64,000 nt of DNA. Origin: Acidimicrobiia bacterium (GTDB lineage Bacteria; Actinomycetota; Acidimicrobiia; Acidimicrobiales; JANYDT01). Location of the stretch: contig JANOJN010000219.1 of NCBI GenBank assembly GCA_031418775.1, forward strand, positions 4,091-68,090, written 5' to 3'. Position 1 is the stretch's first letter. Every line of letters begins with the position of its first letter. The position numbers were made by a program, and so were the translations under genes. Under the pieces are notes generated by a model. It worked only from the letters and a program-made list of their open reading frames with translations, searched no databases and was not told where the DNA came from. Positions 50,223-60,024 of this stretch are shown one piece after another.

Positions 50223-50695
50223 GCGAACTCGCTCGCATCGGTCTCGCGTTCGCCCTGTTCGGGCCAGAAGATCACGACGGCGCTCACGTCGCTGCCCGGG
50301 AGCTTCTCGAACTCGCGGTCCTCCCCTGGGGTGAATGAGAGGGTGCCGGTGGCCCGTTCATAGTCGAGCTGGTCGAGCGGGATTTCGCGGCTGTTGATCA
50401 CCAGGACGCCGGTCTGGCCGAACTCCAGATCGGCGACGATCGTGGCCTGCGAAGGGACGTTGGTGGAGAGGTTCGCCGGACTCACGGACTCGAGACCAGC
50501 AGGAAAACCGGCGCGTTCGGGCGTGGGCTTGTTCTCGTTGAGTCCCGACACGAGGAGCCACAACGCGAACGCAATGGCGATCGCCACGCCGAGCCGGCCG
50601 GCCAGCTCTCGGCGATTGCCGAATCGATTCCTCCGGACCGAATCGGCGACCGAGTTACTCGAATGCACTGCGTCGGCGCCCTGCTGCTTGACCAT
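50201..50695 (-). CDS. Hypothetical single-pass membrane protein
   Basis: One TM (LGVAIAIAFALWLLV) followed by a roughly 110-aa beta-rich ectodomain. Divergent from the kinase gene. Confidence 0.45.
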   Translation of the reverse strand: MVKQQGADAVHSSNSVADSVRRNRFGNRRELAGRLGVAIAIAFALWLLVSGLNENKPTPERAGFPAGLESVSPANLSTNVPSQATIVADLEFGQTGVLVINSREIPLDQLDYERATGTLSFTPGEDREFEKLPGSDVSAVVIFWPEQGERETDASEFAWTFKVS

Positions 50696-50734
50696 TTCCC
50701 CAGTTTCCCAGAGATCCAGAACTACCCTCAGTGT

Positions 50735-52951
50735 GTGTCCGGCTTCGATGGAGATTTGGTCGGCCGCGCTTTGAACGAGCGCTACCGCCTCCTCGCGCTC
50801 CTGGGGACCGGCTCATCGGCCCGGGTCTATCTGGCCCACGATGTCCAGATCGCCCGCCAGGTTGCCGTGAAGGTGCTGCACGCTTCGCTTGCCGAGGATC
50901 CGGAGTTCCTACGCCGGTTCCGGATCGAAGCGGAGGCCCTCGGCCAGCTCACCCATCCGAACATCGTGACGGTCCACGACTTCAATGACGGCGCCAACGC
51001 GCTCGGCGAACCGCCCTACCTCGTGACGAACTACCTGGAAGGCGGCAGCTTGCGGAACCTCCTCGACCAGGGCTACCGACTTACTCCCTCGCAGGCGGCC
51101 CGACTCGGGCTCGACGCCGCACGAGGCCTCGCGTTCGCCCACGCCCGCGGGTACGTGCACCGCGACATCAAACCGGCGAACCTGCTCTTCACCGACGACC
51201 AGCGGGCGCACGTAGCGGACTTCGGTCTGGCGCGGGCGAAGGCGGAAGCGGCTCGGACGGAAGCCGACACTGCTCCGGTCGGCACCATGCGCTACCTCGC
51301 GCCCGAACAGGTCGTCGGGAATGCCACGGACAAGTCCGATGTGTTTGCCCTCACCCTCGTGCTCGTCGAGTCCGTTACGGGTGTGGTGCCGTTCTCGCGT
51401 GACAACTGGCAGAGCACGGCGTTCGCCCGGACGGTCGAGGATCTTCGCGCCCCGGAGATCATGGGGGAGCTCGGCGCGGTGATCAATGCCGCCGGCACGC
51501 GCGACCCCGCGCAGCGCATCGACGCCGCAACCTTCGTCCGTGAGCTCGAGGAGATCGCCAGACGCCTGCCGGCTCTCGAGCCGCTTCCCCTCGACGGCGC
51601 TCGGGTGCTCCAACGTGGACGACTGCTCGACGGTCGCGATCCGACGCGCATTCTCGTTGCAACCCCGGACGCACCCGCCGGGCCTCCGGGCAGCGGCGCA
51701 GCCCGCGTTCCCGAACGTAGCGGGCGCGATGCCGCCGACTCGCCCGGCGGAGTGTTCGACCAAGCGCTCTTTGATGACGAGACGGTTCCGCCTCGGTCCA
51801 ACAAGAAGGCGGCCGACGCCGGGGTCAGGAAGCTCGAGCCGGGTCCGCCCCGCGACGCCGAAGGGCGGGATGGGCCAACTCCCACGGCGGGCGTCCGACG
51901 CCGGATCGAACGGGAGATCGTTCCTCCGGCGCGTACCCCTCGTCGTCGCCTATCCACGCTCCTCGCCTCGCTGGTGTTGATCGTGGTGGTGGGAGGGCTT
52001 GTCGGAGCGATCCTGTGGTCTCGGCGGCCGGAGTTGCGCACCGTGCCGCGGGTCGAGCAGATGACGCTGGAGGCGGCCACCCAGGCGATCGAAGCGGAAC
52101 GCCTCGCCGTGGCCACGGACGTCGCGGTCTTCGACGACAAGCTGGCGGTCGGCCAGGTCGTCTCCCAGGACCCCCAACCGCCGCTGCGGCTGAAGCGGGG
52201 TGAGACGGTGACACTCACCCTCTCGAAGGGCCCCGAACCGGTCACGGTCCCCTCGCTCGACGGACTCACGCTCGACCAGGCGACTGCGGTGCTGCGAGCG
52301 GCCAACCTCTCGCTCAGCAACCCGAGCCGAATCGAGCCGAGCGAGACCGTGCCCGAGGGAAACGTGATTTCGTGGACACCTCGTGGCGCCCAGCCACCGG
52401 GCACCGTGATCACCCTCGTGGTCTCGAGCGGTCCGCCCACGGTCATCCTTCCCAAGGTGAATGGGCTGTCGCCGGAAACGGCGCGGGCGACCCTGCCGCC
52501 GAAGCTCGGCGTGACTGTCGTCGAGGTGTTCGCCGATGTCACGCCGAAGGGACTCGTCGTCGGGACCAGTCCGAAGTCGGGTACCGAGGTCGCAACGGAC
52601 GCGCCGGTGAAGCTGCTCGTTTCCAAAGGACCCGCTTCGGTGGTTGTACCGAACGTGATCAACATGAGTCCCGCCGATGCCGCCGCTGAGCTTCGGTCGG
52701 CCGGGTTGAAGATCGGTTCGACGGTCGGGGCGCCGGACATGCCCGTGCTCTTCACCCGTCCGGTCCGCCGGTCGACGGTCAAGCGCGGAACGGTCGTCAC
52801 GCTCTACACGACGTCCGAGGGCGTTCCGCCGATTCCGGGGCAGACGCCTACGACAACCGCCGCGGGTTCGGGGTCGGGTGATTCCGAGACGGCGACGACG
52901 AAGAAGCCGACATCGTCATCTACGCCGAGCAGCACGACCAAGAAGCCGTAG
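50735..52951 (+). CDS. Ser/Thr protein kinase with four extracellular PASTA repeats (PknB-like)
   Basis: Kinase motifs GTGSSARVYLA, VAVK, HRDIKPANLL, DFGLAR, and YLAPEQ. One TM. Four repeats of about 65 aa end in the PASTA-typical ...LSKGP/VSSGP/VSKGP. Thr/Ser/Lys-rich tail. The start (GTG 50735) is uncertain. Confidence 0.88.
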   Translation: MSGFDGDLVGRALNERYRLLALLGTGSSARVYLAHDVQIARQVAVKVLHASLAEDPEFLRRFRIEAEALGQLTHPNIVTVHDFNDGANALGEPPYLVTNYLEGGSLRNLLDQGYRLTPSQAARLGLDAARGLAFAHARGYVHRDIKPANLLFTDDQRAHVADFGLARAKAEAARTEADTAPVGTMRYLAPEQVVGNATDKSDVFALTLVLVESVTGVVPFSRDNWQSTAFARTVEDLRAPEIMGELGAVINAAGTRDPAQRIDAATFVRELEEIARRLPALEPLPLDGARVLQRGRLLDGRDPTRILVATPDAPAGPPGSGAARVPERSGRDAADSPGGVFDQALFDDETVPPRSNKKAADAGVRKLEPGPPRDAEGRDGPTPTAGVRRRIEREIVPPARTPRRRLSTLLASLVLIVVVGGLVGAILWSRRPELRTVPRVEQMTLEAATQAIEAERLAVATDVAVFDDKLAVGQVVSQDPQPPLRLKRGETVTLTLSKGPEPVTVPSLDGLTLDQATAVLRAANLSLSNPSRIEPSETVPEGNVISWTPRGAQPPGTVITLVVSSGPPTVILPKVNGLSPETARATLPPKLGVTVVEVFADVTPKGLVVGTSPKSGTEVATDAPVKLLVSKGPASVVVPNVINMSPADAAAELRSAGLKIGSTVGAPDMPVLFTRPVRRSTVKRGTVVTLYTTSEGVPPIPGQTPTTTAAGSGSGDSETATTKKPTSSSTPSSTTKKP

Positions 52952-52983
52952 ACCCGCTTCTGAGGGCTCAGTTCGGTGCAGCA

Positions 52984-53045
52984 GAACACCTCCGAACAGC
53001 GTTAGGAGGTGTTCTGCCCCCATATATTGGGGGCAACCTCTCTCC
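52984..53045. repeat. Two-hairpin intergenic element, copy 2 (module order reversed relative to copy 1)
   Basis: The element reads HP2 (GAACACCTCCGAAC-AGC-GTTAGGAGGTGTTC, 52984-53014), then HP1 (GCCCCCATATATTGGGGGC, 53016-53034), then AACCTCTCTCC. It lies between the convergent kinase and tadC genes. Confidence 0.85.
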
Positions 53046-53070
53046 TATGGTTACTGGTCAGCCTCAGCCG

Positions 53071-54000
53071 CTACTTGCTCGTGAGGCCGGCGTCCATGAT
53101 GGAGAGGGCGGCGGGGCCGATGAGGACCACGAACAGGGCCGGGAGGATGCAGAGCACAAGCGGGAAGAGCACCTTGACCGGGAGCTTCATGGCCTTCTCC
53201 TCGGCCCGCTGACGACGCTTGCGCCGCTGCTCGCCGGCCTGGACCCGCAACACCTGCGCCATCGGGATGCCGAACTGCTCGGCCTGGAGGATCGACGCCA
53301 CGAACTGCCGAAGCTCGACCACCTTGTTGCGGTTGGCGAGACCGCGCAACGCTTCGCCGCGCGAGAGGCCCGCCTGCACGTGCTGCAACGTTCGGCGGAA
53401 CTCCTCTGCGAGCGGTCCGTCGTTCGACTTCGCAGTTCGGGCCATGGCCGCGTCCAGACCGAGACCCGCCTCCACCCCGACGGTGATCTGATCGAGGAAG
53501 TCCGGAAGCTGCAGCTGTATCTGCTTCTGGCGCTTGTCGGCGTTGTTCTTGATGAGGATGTCGGGCAGGAAGAACCCGAACGGAGCGGGCGCCAGGACCA
53601 TCACCAGGTCCTTGATGCCGTTGATGCCCCCGGCAAGGTTCTTGAATCCGTAGAGTCCGCCGAGTACCAGACCGATGGCCTTGAGCATCAGAACTCGTTC
53701 GGCGCTCCACTTCTGATTCAGCCCCGCCATGGCGATTCGCTGTTCCATCTGCTCCGTCCACCCCTTCGGGGTGAGGCGGCGCATGAGCTTCATGACCTTC
53801 ACCAGGAACGGGGTGAGGGCCCGGTCGCGGGCGGAGCGCTTGAGGATCTGGCTGCGGAGATCCATGGGATCTCCCTTGCGCTTACCGACCAACTCCGACG
53901 CCGACACGGTCGGAGACGACGAGTCGGACAGGAACGTCCAGACGAGTATCGGAACTGCGCCCATGGCGCACACCGCGCCGATCACGAGAGGAAGGTTCAT
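53071..54000 (-). CDS. tadC: Tad pilus platform protein TadC (T2SS-F family)
   Basis: 309 aa. LPDFLDQITVGVEAGLGLDAAM...ILQAEQFGIPMAQVLRVQA is a T2SSF domain. Confidence 0.88.
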   Translation of the reverse strand: MNLPLVIGAVCAMGAVPILVWTFLSDSSSPTVSASELVGKRKGDPMDLRSQILKRSARDRALTPFLVKVMKLMRRLTPKGWTEQMEQRIAMAGLNQKWSAERVLMLKAIGLVLGGLYGFKNLAGGINGIKDLVMVLAPAPFGFFLPDILIKNNADKRQKQIQLQLPDFLDQITVGVEAGLGLDAAMARTAKSNDGPLAEEFRRTLQHVQAGLSRGEALRGLANRNKVVELRQFVASILQAEQFGIPMAQVLRVQAGEQRRKRRQRAEEKAMKLPVKVLFPLVLCILPALFVVLIGPAALSIMDAGLTSK

Positions 54001-54018
54001 GGTCTCGGTCCTTCCTAC

Positions 54019-55656
54019 CTAGAACTCGATCTTGCAGAGCTTCATCAGCCACACCGCGCCGATGACCATCAGAGCGACTGCGCCGCCGGCCATGTAGAGG
54101 CCCTTGCCGTGGCCGAGTGCCGAAATGTATTCGGGGTTGCTTGTGCGGATGATGCCGGTGATCGCGACCGGCAACCCGAGGAGCACAAAGGCAGAGAACC
54201 GACCTTCAGCCGAGAGCGTCTTGACTTGACGGCGGAGGTCGGCGCGGTCGCGAATCGTCTTGGCCACGGTGTCCAGCACTTCGGCCAGGTCACCGCCGAC
54301 TTCGCGGTTGATCTCGATCGCGGGGACGACCCAGCCGAAGTCCTCGGACTGCACACGGTCGGCCATCGCCTTCATGGCGTCGACCACGTCACGACCAAGG
54401 CGTGCCTCGACGATCACTCGGCGAAACTCCTCACTGGCCGGCGGGTCGCCTTCCTTGGAGACGGAGTCGAGGGCCTGCATCATCGACTGCCCGGCCCGGA
54501 GGCTCGATGACAGCAGCTGCAGGGTGTCGGAGAGTTGCTCTCCGAATGCGGCGGCGCGCTTCTTGATCTTCTGGGCGAGGAAGACCTTTCCACCGATCAG
54601 CATGCCGAAGATCCCCGCGGGTGCGCCGATAAGGAGACCGTATTTGAGGACGGCCACCGCACCGAATGCCGTGCCGAGGGCGACGGCAAGCACGACGAAC
54701 TCTCCCGGGCGGAGGTTGATTCCCGCTCGTTCCAGCGACGCGTTGATGCCCTTCGTTCGCCCCTGCTTGGCGATGGCCTTGTCGGCCACCTGGGTCATCC
54801 TCTCCGCCAAGCCGGCGACAGGAGTGCTGCCCCCCTTCTTGTCGGCCTTCTGGCCGGTGAGGTTCAGCTTCTCCGGCCCCGGTGACGTGAGGTTCAACAT
54901 CGCCATGAGCACGGCGATGAACACGAGACCCATGAGCACGTAGCGGATCAGGGGAGACGAGAGGAGCTTCTTCGTGGGCGACGGGGGTGTGGGGATGACG
55001 ACGGTGATTGGCCGAGCCCACTCCGTCGTGCGGGCGGCGAGGTCGACGACACCCTTCAGATCAGTGGCCGCCACGGCCTGTCCGTCGGTCGAGCCGGTGA
55101 GGAGGTCGATGGTCGCGGTGTTCATGTTCACCGTCGAGAAGGTGATCGCGTCGACGCGGATCCCGTCGTTGAGCAAGCGGGTTCTGACGAGGTCGATCGT
55201 CGACGAACTCGACTGATCGTTGCCGTCGGTGAACATGACGATCTGCTTCTTGCTCTCGGCGATCGTCTCGAACTGATCGGCGGCGAGGACCAGGCCGTCG
55301 AGCAGTGCTGCGTCGCCGTCGGCGGTGAGATCCGTCACCGCAACGACGGTGGCGTCCCGTTCGATGGTGAGATCGCGGATCACGGTCGGGAACTTGCCGA
55401 CGGTCACGATGGACACACGAATGGCGGGCGGGAGACTGCGAACGTACTTGGTGAGCGCGCGCTTCTGATCGTCCAGGTTCTTGGCGTTCTGGCCGTCCCG
55501 AAGCGACGTGTCGAGAACGGCCACTACGTCGAATCGTGGTGCGCGGATCTGGCTCTCGGCGGCGTTCCCCGACGATTGGGGAGCGACGGCGAGAGCGAGG
55601 AGGATCAGACCGAGGACGACGTGTGAGACCGCTCGAAAGAATCGGGCGCGCTGCAT
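54019..55656 (-). CDS. tadB: Fusion protein: N-terminal secreted vWA-like domain + TadB (T2SS-F family)
   Basis: Signal/TM segment, then a roughly 200-aa vWA-like fold (VVAVLDTSLRDG...IVMFTDGNDQSS...VDAITF), then a TM, then a T2SSF domain (LSDTLQLLSSSLRAGQSMMQAL...INREVGGDLAEVLD). Confidence 0.8.
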   Translation of the reverse strand: MQRARFFRAVSHVVLGLILLALAVAPQSSGNAAESQIRAPRFDVVAVLDTSLRDGQNAKNLDDQKRALTKYVRSLPPAIRVSIVTVGKFPTVIRDLTIERDATVVAVTDLTADGDAALLDGLVLAADQFETIAESKKQIVMFTDGNDQSSSSTIDLVRTRLLNDGIRVDAITFSTVNMNTATIDLLTGSTDGQAVAATDLKGVVDLAARTTEWARPITVVIPTPPSPTKKLLSSPLIRYVLMGLVFIAVLMAMLNLTSPGPEKLNLTGQKADKKGGSTPVAGLAERMTQVADKAIAKQGRTKGINASLERAGINLRPGEFVVLAVALGTAFGAVAVLKYGLLIGAPAGIFGMLIGGKVFLAQKIKKRAAAFGEQLSDTLQLLSSSLRAGQSMMQALDSVSKEGDPPASEEFRRVIVEARLGRDVVDAMKAMADRVQSEDFGWVVPAIEINREVGGDLAEVLDTVAKTIRDRADLRRQVKTLSAEGRFSAFVLLGLPVAITGIIRTSNPEYISALGHGKGLYMAGGAVALMVIGAVWLMKLCKIEF

Positions 55657-55661
55657 TGCCG

Positions 55662-57149
55662 TTACTTCCTTCCGTAGTTCAAGACGTCGACCGAGCCGAA
55701 GATGTCGGGCGGGAGAGAGATTCCGTGGTCGGCAAGCTTCTCGGTGAACTTCGGCCGGATGCCGGTGGGCTTGAGTTTGCCGAGGTGACGTCCCGAGCTG
55801 TCGATGCCGGCCGAGTGGTCGAAGGCGAAGATGTCCGAGAGCGTGATCGTCTGTCCTTCCATGCCTTCTACCTCGGTGATCGAGACGACGCGACGCGAAC
55901 CGTCACGGAATCGGGCGATCTGGACGAACACGTCGACGGCAGAGGCGATCTGTTGGCGGATTGCCATGGCCGGAAGGTCGAAGCCGGCCATCAGCACGAG
56001 CGTCTCGAGACGGGCGAGGCCGTCTCTCGGGGTGTTCGCGTGGATGGTCGACAGCGAGCCGTCGTGACCGGTGTTCATGGCCTGGAGCATGTCGAGTGCT
56101 TCGCCGCCACGGCATTCGCCGATCACGACCCGGTCGGGGCGCATTCGGAGGGAGTTCTTGACGAGGTCGCGGATGGTCACGGCGCCCTTGCCTTCGATGT
56201 TCGGCGGGCGTGTCTCGAGCCGGACGATGTGGGGCTGGCGGAGCTGCAACTCGACGGCGTCCTCGATGGTGACGATGCGCTCGTCGGCCGGGATGAAGCT
56301 CGACAAGATGTTGAGCATCGTCGTCTTGCCGGTGCCGGTGCCGCCGGACACCAGCATGTTCAGGTGGCCGGCGACGCACGCCGCGAGCAACTGCGCCGCT
56401 TCCGGTGTCAGCGACCCTTTGGCGATCAGGTCGTGGATCTGGAGAGGGTCACGGGAGAATTTCCGGATGGTGAGGGCAGCGCCGTCGACCGCGAGCGGTG
56501 GGATGACTGCGTTGACGCGGGACCCGTCGGCAAGACGTGCATCGACCATCGGGGATGACTCGTCGATGCGGCGGCCGACGTTGGCGACGATACGTTCGAT
56601 GACTCGTCGAAGCTGCTCGTGGGAAATGAAGCGGTGCTGCGAGCGGGTCAGCTTGCCCCTCTGCTCGATGAAGATCGGCGTGCATCCGTTCACCATGATT
56701 TCCGACACCGTCGGGTCCTTCAGGAATCGGTCGATCGGACCGAGTCCGAGCACGTCGTCGGTGATCTCCGACACGAGCTGATGGCGTTCCTCGATGGAGA
56801 GCGGGACCGTCTCCTGGCTGAGCAGCTGGCTGATCATGTCGACGACGGTTGCCCGCATGTCGCGGTCTCCCGTCGAGGAGTCGAACAGCTTCGCGCCCAG
56901 GCGCTCGACGAGCTGCTCGTGCAGTCGTTCCTTGAGCGCCTGCAGCGGATCGGCGCTGCTCGGGAGATCGTCCTTGCGGGCCGCGGCAACGAGGCGCGGC
57001 GACGCCGTTGCTGTTGCCGTGACGGCGGCCGGAGCGTTGCCGGCCTGCTTCCACGCCGGCATCTCGTTCGGTTCGGCCTCGGCGACCTCGGGAGTGACCT
57101 CGGCCGGGGTGTTGGTGTCCTGCGCCTTGAGGCGCTGACCGAGCTTCAC
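55662..57149 (-). CDS. tadA: Tad pilus secretion ATPase TadA/CpaF
   Basis: Walker A SGGTGTGKTT, Asp/His boxes, and GECRGGEALDMLQAMNTGHDGS. GTG 57149 overlaps the tadZ stop as GTGA. Confidence 0.92.
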   Translation of the reverse strand: MKLGQRLKAQDTNTPAEVTPEVAEAEPNEMPAWKQAGNAPAAVTATATASPRLVAAARKDDLPSSADPLQALKERLHEQLVERLGAKLFDSSTGDRDMRATVVDMISQLLSQETVPLSIEERHQLVSEITDDVLGLGPIDRFLKDPTVSEIMVNGCTPIFIEQRGKLTRSQHRFISHEQLRRVIERIVANVGRRIDESSPMVDARLADGSRVNAVIPPLAVDGAALTIRKFSRDPLQIHDLIAKGSLTPEAAQLLAACVAGHLNMLVSGGTGTGKTTMLNILSSFIPADERIVTIEDAVELQLRQPHIVRLETRPPNIEGKGAVTIRDLVKNSLRMRPDRVVIGECRGGEALDMLQAMNTGHDGSLSTIHANTPRDGLARLETLVLMAGFDLPAMAIRQQIASAVDVFVQIARFRDGSRRVVSITEVEGMEGQTITLSDIFAFDHSAGIDSSGRHLGKLKPTGIRPKFTEKLADHGISLPPDIFGSVDVLNYGRK

Positions 57150-58465
57150 TTGCCCCTCCGCCAGAACGCCGGCTTCTTGGGTGCCGCAAGGGCGGTGGAC
57201 TCCACGCCCATCAGGCCCTCGGCGAAGCCCACGAACTTCTTGGCGATGATCGCTTTCGGATCGGCGATGGTGATCGGAACTCCCTGGTTCGCCGCAGCGA
57301 GGACGTTTCGGTCCGCCGGGATCTGGATCTGGGCTCGCATGCCGACGGCCACCTCGACATCTTCCGGACGTGCTCCGCCGGGTGCGTCGAAGCGGTTCAT
57401 GACGAAATGGCGGGTCGGGTTGGTCATGCCGAGGCGATCGAGGGCGTCGAGCTCCCGACGAAGTGATCGCACGGACGACACGTCGACCGAACACACGAAG
57501 ACGTGATCGGTGGAGATTTCTGCGACGGAGAGCGCGTGCGGGTCGAGACCGGCACAGGTGTCTACCACCACGTAGTCGAAGGCTTGGCTGAGGGCCTTGA
57601 CGACCTGGACGGACTGCTCGAAGGAGATGTCATCGGCGTCGGCGGGGTCTTCCGGTGCACACATGACGAACAGCCCAGACGGGTGCGGTGTCAGGAACAC
57701 TTTCATCATCGAGTTGATCGACGATGCCTCGGCACCGCCGAGGACCCTCGCCGCGTCTGCTGCGGTGTGTTCCGGGTTCAGGTGCAGGGTTCCGGCAACG
57801 TCGCCGAACTGCAGGTCGAGGTCGATCAGGGCGACCCGTCCGGGTGCGAGCTGATGCAGAGCCATGGCGATGTTCGTCGACGCAAACGTCTTTCCCACGC
57901 CACCCTTGGGCGAGAGCACCGTGATGATCCGTTTGGTCGATTCCGCTCGGCCGGTGCCGGTGTTGGTCGTCTCCCGCCAGCGGGCCGAGTGCTCGAAGCC
58001 CCGCTCGAGCGCGTCGAGGATCGCATCGTCGGTCGCGCTCGGGGACAGGACATCGCGCACGCCGGCCCGGAGAGCCCGTTCGAAGAGCCCCGGGCGGGGA
58101 TCGGAGACGAGGACCAGATAGACGCCGGGATTGGTCCGGTTCACGTACTCGGCCCTCGTCGCCATGGCCTCGACTTCGAGGTCGGGGCCGATGAAGGCGA
58201 TGCCCATCCGTTCGATGCCGGGCGTCTCACCCTGGGCCGGCCACCGGTGCATCCTGGGACCACCGTTGGCCGTGAGCAAGCGGCGGACAGACTGCTCGAA
58301 GGCGGTGACCGAGCCGACGAGGGCGACGTCACCGGCGTCTCGGGCAACTTGTCGAAGTGGGGCCGGGGGCGGCGCCTCTGCTGCCCGGCCGGCTTCGGCT
58401 GTTTGGCTCGCCGTGTACTGGCTGTCGCCACCGGCTGGAGAATTCGAGAGGTCGAGATTGGTCAC
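57146..58465 (-). CDS. tadZ: TadZ/CpaE-like ParA/MinD-family ATPase with N-terminal receiver-like domain
   Basis: Deviant Walker A SPKGGVGKTFAS. The roughly 170-aa N-terminus is pseudo-receiver-like. Confidence 0.85.
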   Translation of the reverse strand: MTNLDLSNSPAGGDSQYTASQTAEAGRAAEAPPPAPLRQVARDAGDVALVGSVTAFEQSVRRLLTANGGPRMHRWPAQGETPGIERMGIAFIGPDLEVEAMATRAEYVNRTNPGVYLVLVSDPRPGLFERALRAGVRDVLSPSATDDAILDALERGFEHSARWRETTNTGTGRAESTKRIITVLSPKGGVGKTFASTNIAMALHQLAPGRVALIDLDLQFGDVAGTLHLNPEHTAADAARVLGGAEASSINSMMKVFLTPHPSGLFVMCAPEDPADADDISFEQSVQVVKALSQAFDYVVVDTCAGLDPHALSVAEISTDHVFVCSVDVSSVRSLRRELDALDRLGMTNPTRHFVMNRFDAPGGARPEDVEVAVGMRAQIQIPADRNVLAAANQGVPITIADPKAIIAKKFVGFAEGLMGVESTALAAPKKPAFWRRGK

Positions 58466-59544
58466 TGCTTGGCTCCCACTGCGGGCGCCGCAACGGGAGC
58501 GACGGTGGCCGATGCGGCTGGCTTCACTGTCGGCGTGGCGGCGATTCCGACGGCCGGCGCTTTGGTGGTCGGCGCCACTGCAGCGGCGGCGGGCGCCTTC
58601 GTCGTCGGCGCCCCGGCGGCCGGCGCCTTGGTCGGGGGTGCACCGGCCGAGGCAGCGGGGTCGACCGGGGCGACCGTGGTCGGCGTGGCGAACGGATCGG
58701 TGTTCAGCGGATTCGAACCGGAAATCCCGCTTGCGCCGGCGGCCGGGAGCGGAGCCAGCTCATTGCGGCGGATGCCCGGGTCGTACACGTTGTCACGGGT
58801 GACGACCTTGGTGTCCACCTCGGGCACGTCGTTGGCTTCGCTCGCCAACCAGAGCGCTCCGTTGTTCATTGCATAGATGAGGCGCTCCGCCTCACCGGCG
58901 GTGACGCCCAGCTTGATCAGCAGCGGAGCGATCGGAGCCACGGCCGCCGGTGCCGCGCTTCCGTCGGTCGGCGCCGCCACCGGCAGGATGCCGCCGACCA
59001 CCTCGAGCACCGGGACCTTGTGAAGCATGATCGCCGTAGCGGGGACCGCGCCTTCGGCGTTCTGGCCGTTGGAGGGGACATTCACGAAGGAAGCGACCAC
59101 GGCGACCTGATCTCCCGGCTGTACGCGTCCGCCGAGCGCTCGTAGCGGCTCCAACGACAGCCAGACACCCATCAGCCCGCTCCCACCGCTGTTCGCGACC
59201 TCGGCCCGCTGCTGCTCAGCGGCGGTGACGAAGCGTGCTTTCATGACCTGCTCGTCAGGGACGAGGTCGGTGCTCACGACAAGCCCGGTGAGGTCGGCCA
59301 AGGACTCGGCAGCCCCGGCGGACTTCTGCGATGCCGGCACGTTCACTTCCTGCACGGCGTCGCCGAGCTTGTCGGCCGGCGTCCCCTTGGGAACCGGCTT
59401 CACCACTTTCAGCACCTTCACCGCCGGCTCGGCAAGCGCCGTAGGAGCTGGCGTGGCCGACTTCGAGGAGCGGAGGATGACAAGGGTGCCGACGAGGGCA
59501 ACCGCAACGGATGCGATGACACCGATGAGCTTGCGACGATTCAC
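58462..59544 (-). CDS. cpaB: Flp pilus assembly protein CpaB/RcpC (SAF domain) with Ala/Pro/Thr/Lys-rich C-terminal tail
   Basis: TM anchor, then SAF/RcpC-like regions (VLKVVKPVPKGT..., VSTDLVPDEQV). The tail has three APTTKAPAA-like repeats. GTG 59544 follows GGAGA by 7 nt, and ATG 59610 is an alternative start. Confidence 0.75.
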   Translation of the reverse strand: MNRRKLIGVIASVAVALVGTLVILRSSKSATPAPTALAEPAVKVLKVVKPVPKGTPADKLGDAVQEVNVPASQKSAGAAESLADLTGLVVSTDLVPDEQVMKARFVTAAEQQRAEVANSGGSGLMGVWLSLEPLRALGGRVQPGDQVAVVASFVNVPSNGQNAEGAVPATAIMLHKVPVLEVVGGILPVAAPTDGSAAPAAVAPIAPLLIKLGVTAGEAERLIYAMNNGALWLASEANDVPEVDTKVVTRDNVYDPGIRRNELAPLPAAGASGISGSNPLNTDPFATPTTVAPVDPAASAGAPPTKAPAAGAPTTKAPAAAAVAPTTKAPAVGIAATPTVKPAASATVAPVAAPAVGAKQ

Positions 59545-59696
59545 TGAGGGTCTCCATCTAGGAGCGGGTGGGATGAGCGGTTCCCGAGGGGGTGGCCGTG
59601 ACGTTTGCATCGGCCGATGCCGGTGCACCCTTGAGCCTCGGTTCGGGTTTTTCTGTGCCTCACGACCCATCGGAGCGGGACTGCGGGAAAAGCAAT

Positions 59697-59722
59697 CGAG
59701 CTCCGGCTGCAGCCGGAGCTCG
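59697..59722 (-). terminator. Perfect 26-nt palindrome (hairpin) between flp genes and cpaB
   Basis: CGAGCTCCGGCTG/CAGCCGGAGCTCG. No U-tract, so it could be an attenuator or an RNA-stability element. Confidence 0.4.
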
Positions 59723-59776
59723 ATGGGGAAGTCGGAGGTACGGGGCGCTCGGGTAACCCCCGTCGCCGGGCTGCGA

Positions 59777-59989
59777 TCAGGAGGCCGAGCTCTCGACCGC
59801 GGCGTCGATGGCGTTCGACGTCCGGTTGAAGGCCGCCCGGTTCGCCCGCCCGAAGAACGTGAACGCCGTGATGCAGCCGATGGCGATCAGACCAAGCATC
59901 AGTCCGTATTCGACCGAAGTCGCGCCGCGCTCGTCGTGTCGGCGCCGGAGTTCGGACACACCGTTCTGCAGGCGGACAAAGGAGCGCAT
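59777..59989 (-). CDS. flp: Flp/Fap-family pilin (divergent copy)
   Basis: 70 aa. Leader followed by G/ATSVEYGLMLGLIAIG, the Flp motif (G/xxxxEY plus a hydrophobic helix). Confidence 0.88.
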   Translation of the reverse strand: MRSFVRLQNGVSELRRRHDERGATSVEYGLMLGLIAIGCITAFTFFGRANRAAFNRTSNAIDAAVESSAS

Positions 59990-60024
59990 GGCAGGGGAAG
60001 GACTCGCTGGGTGGCCTGGGCGAC

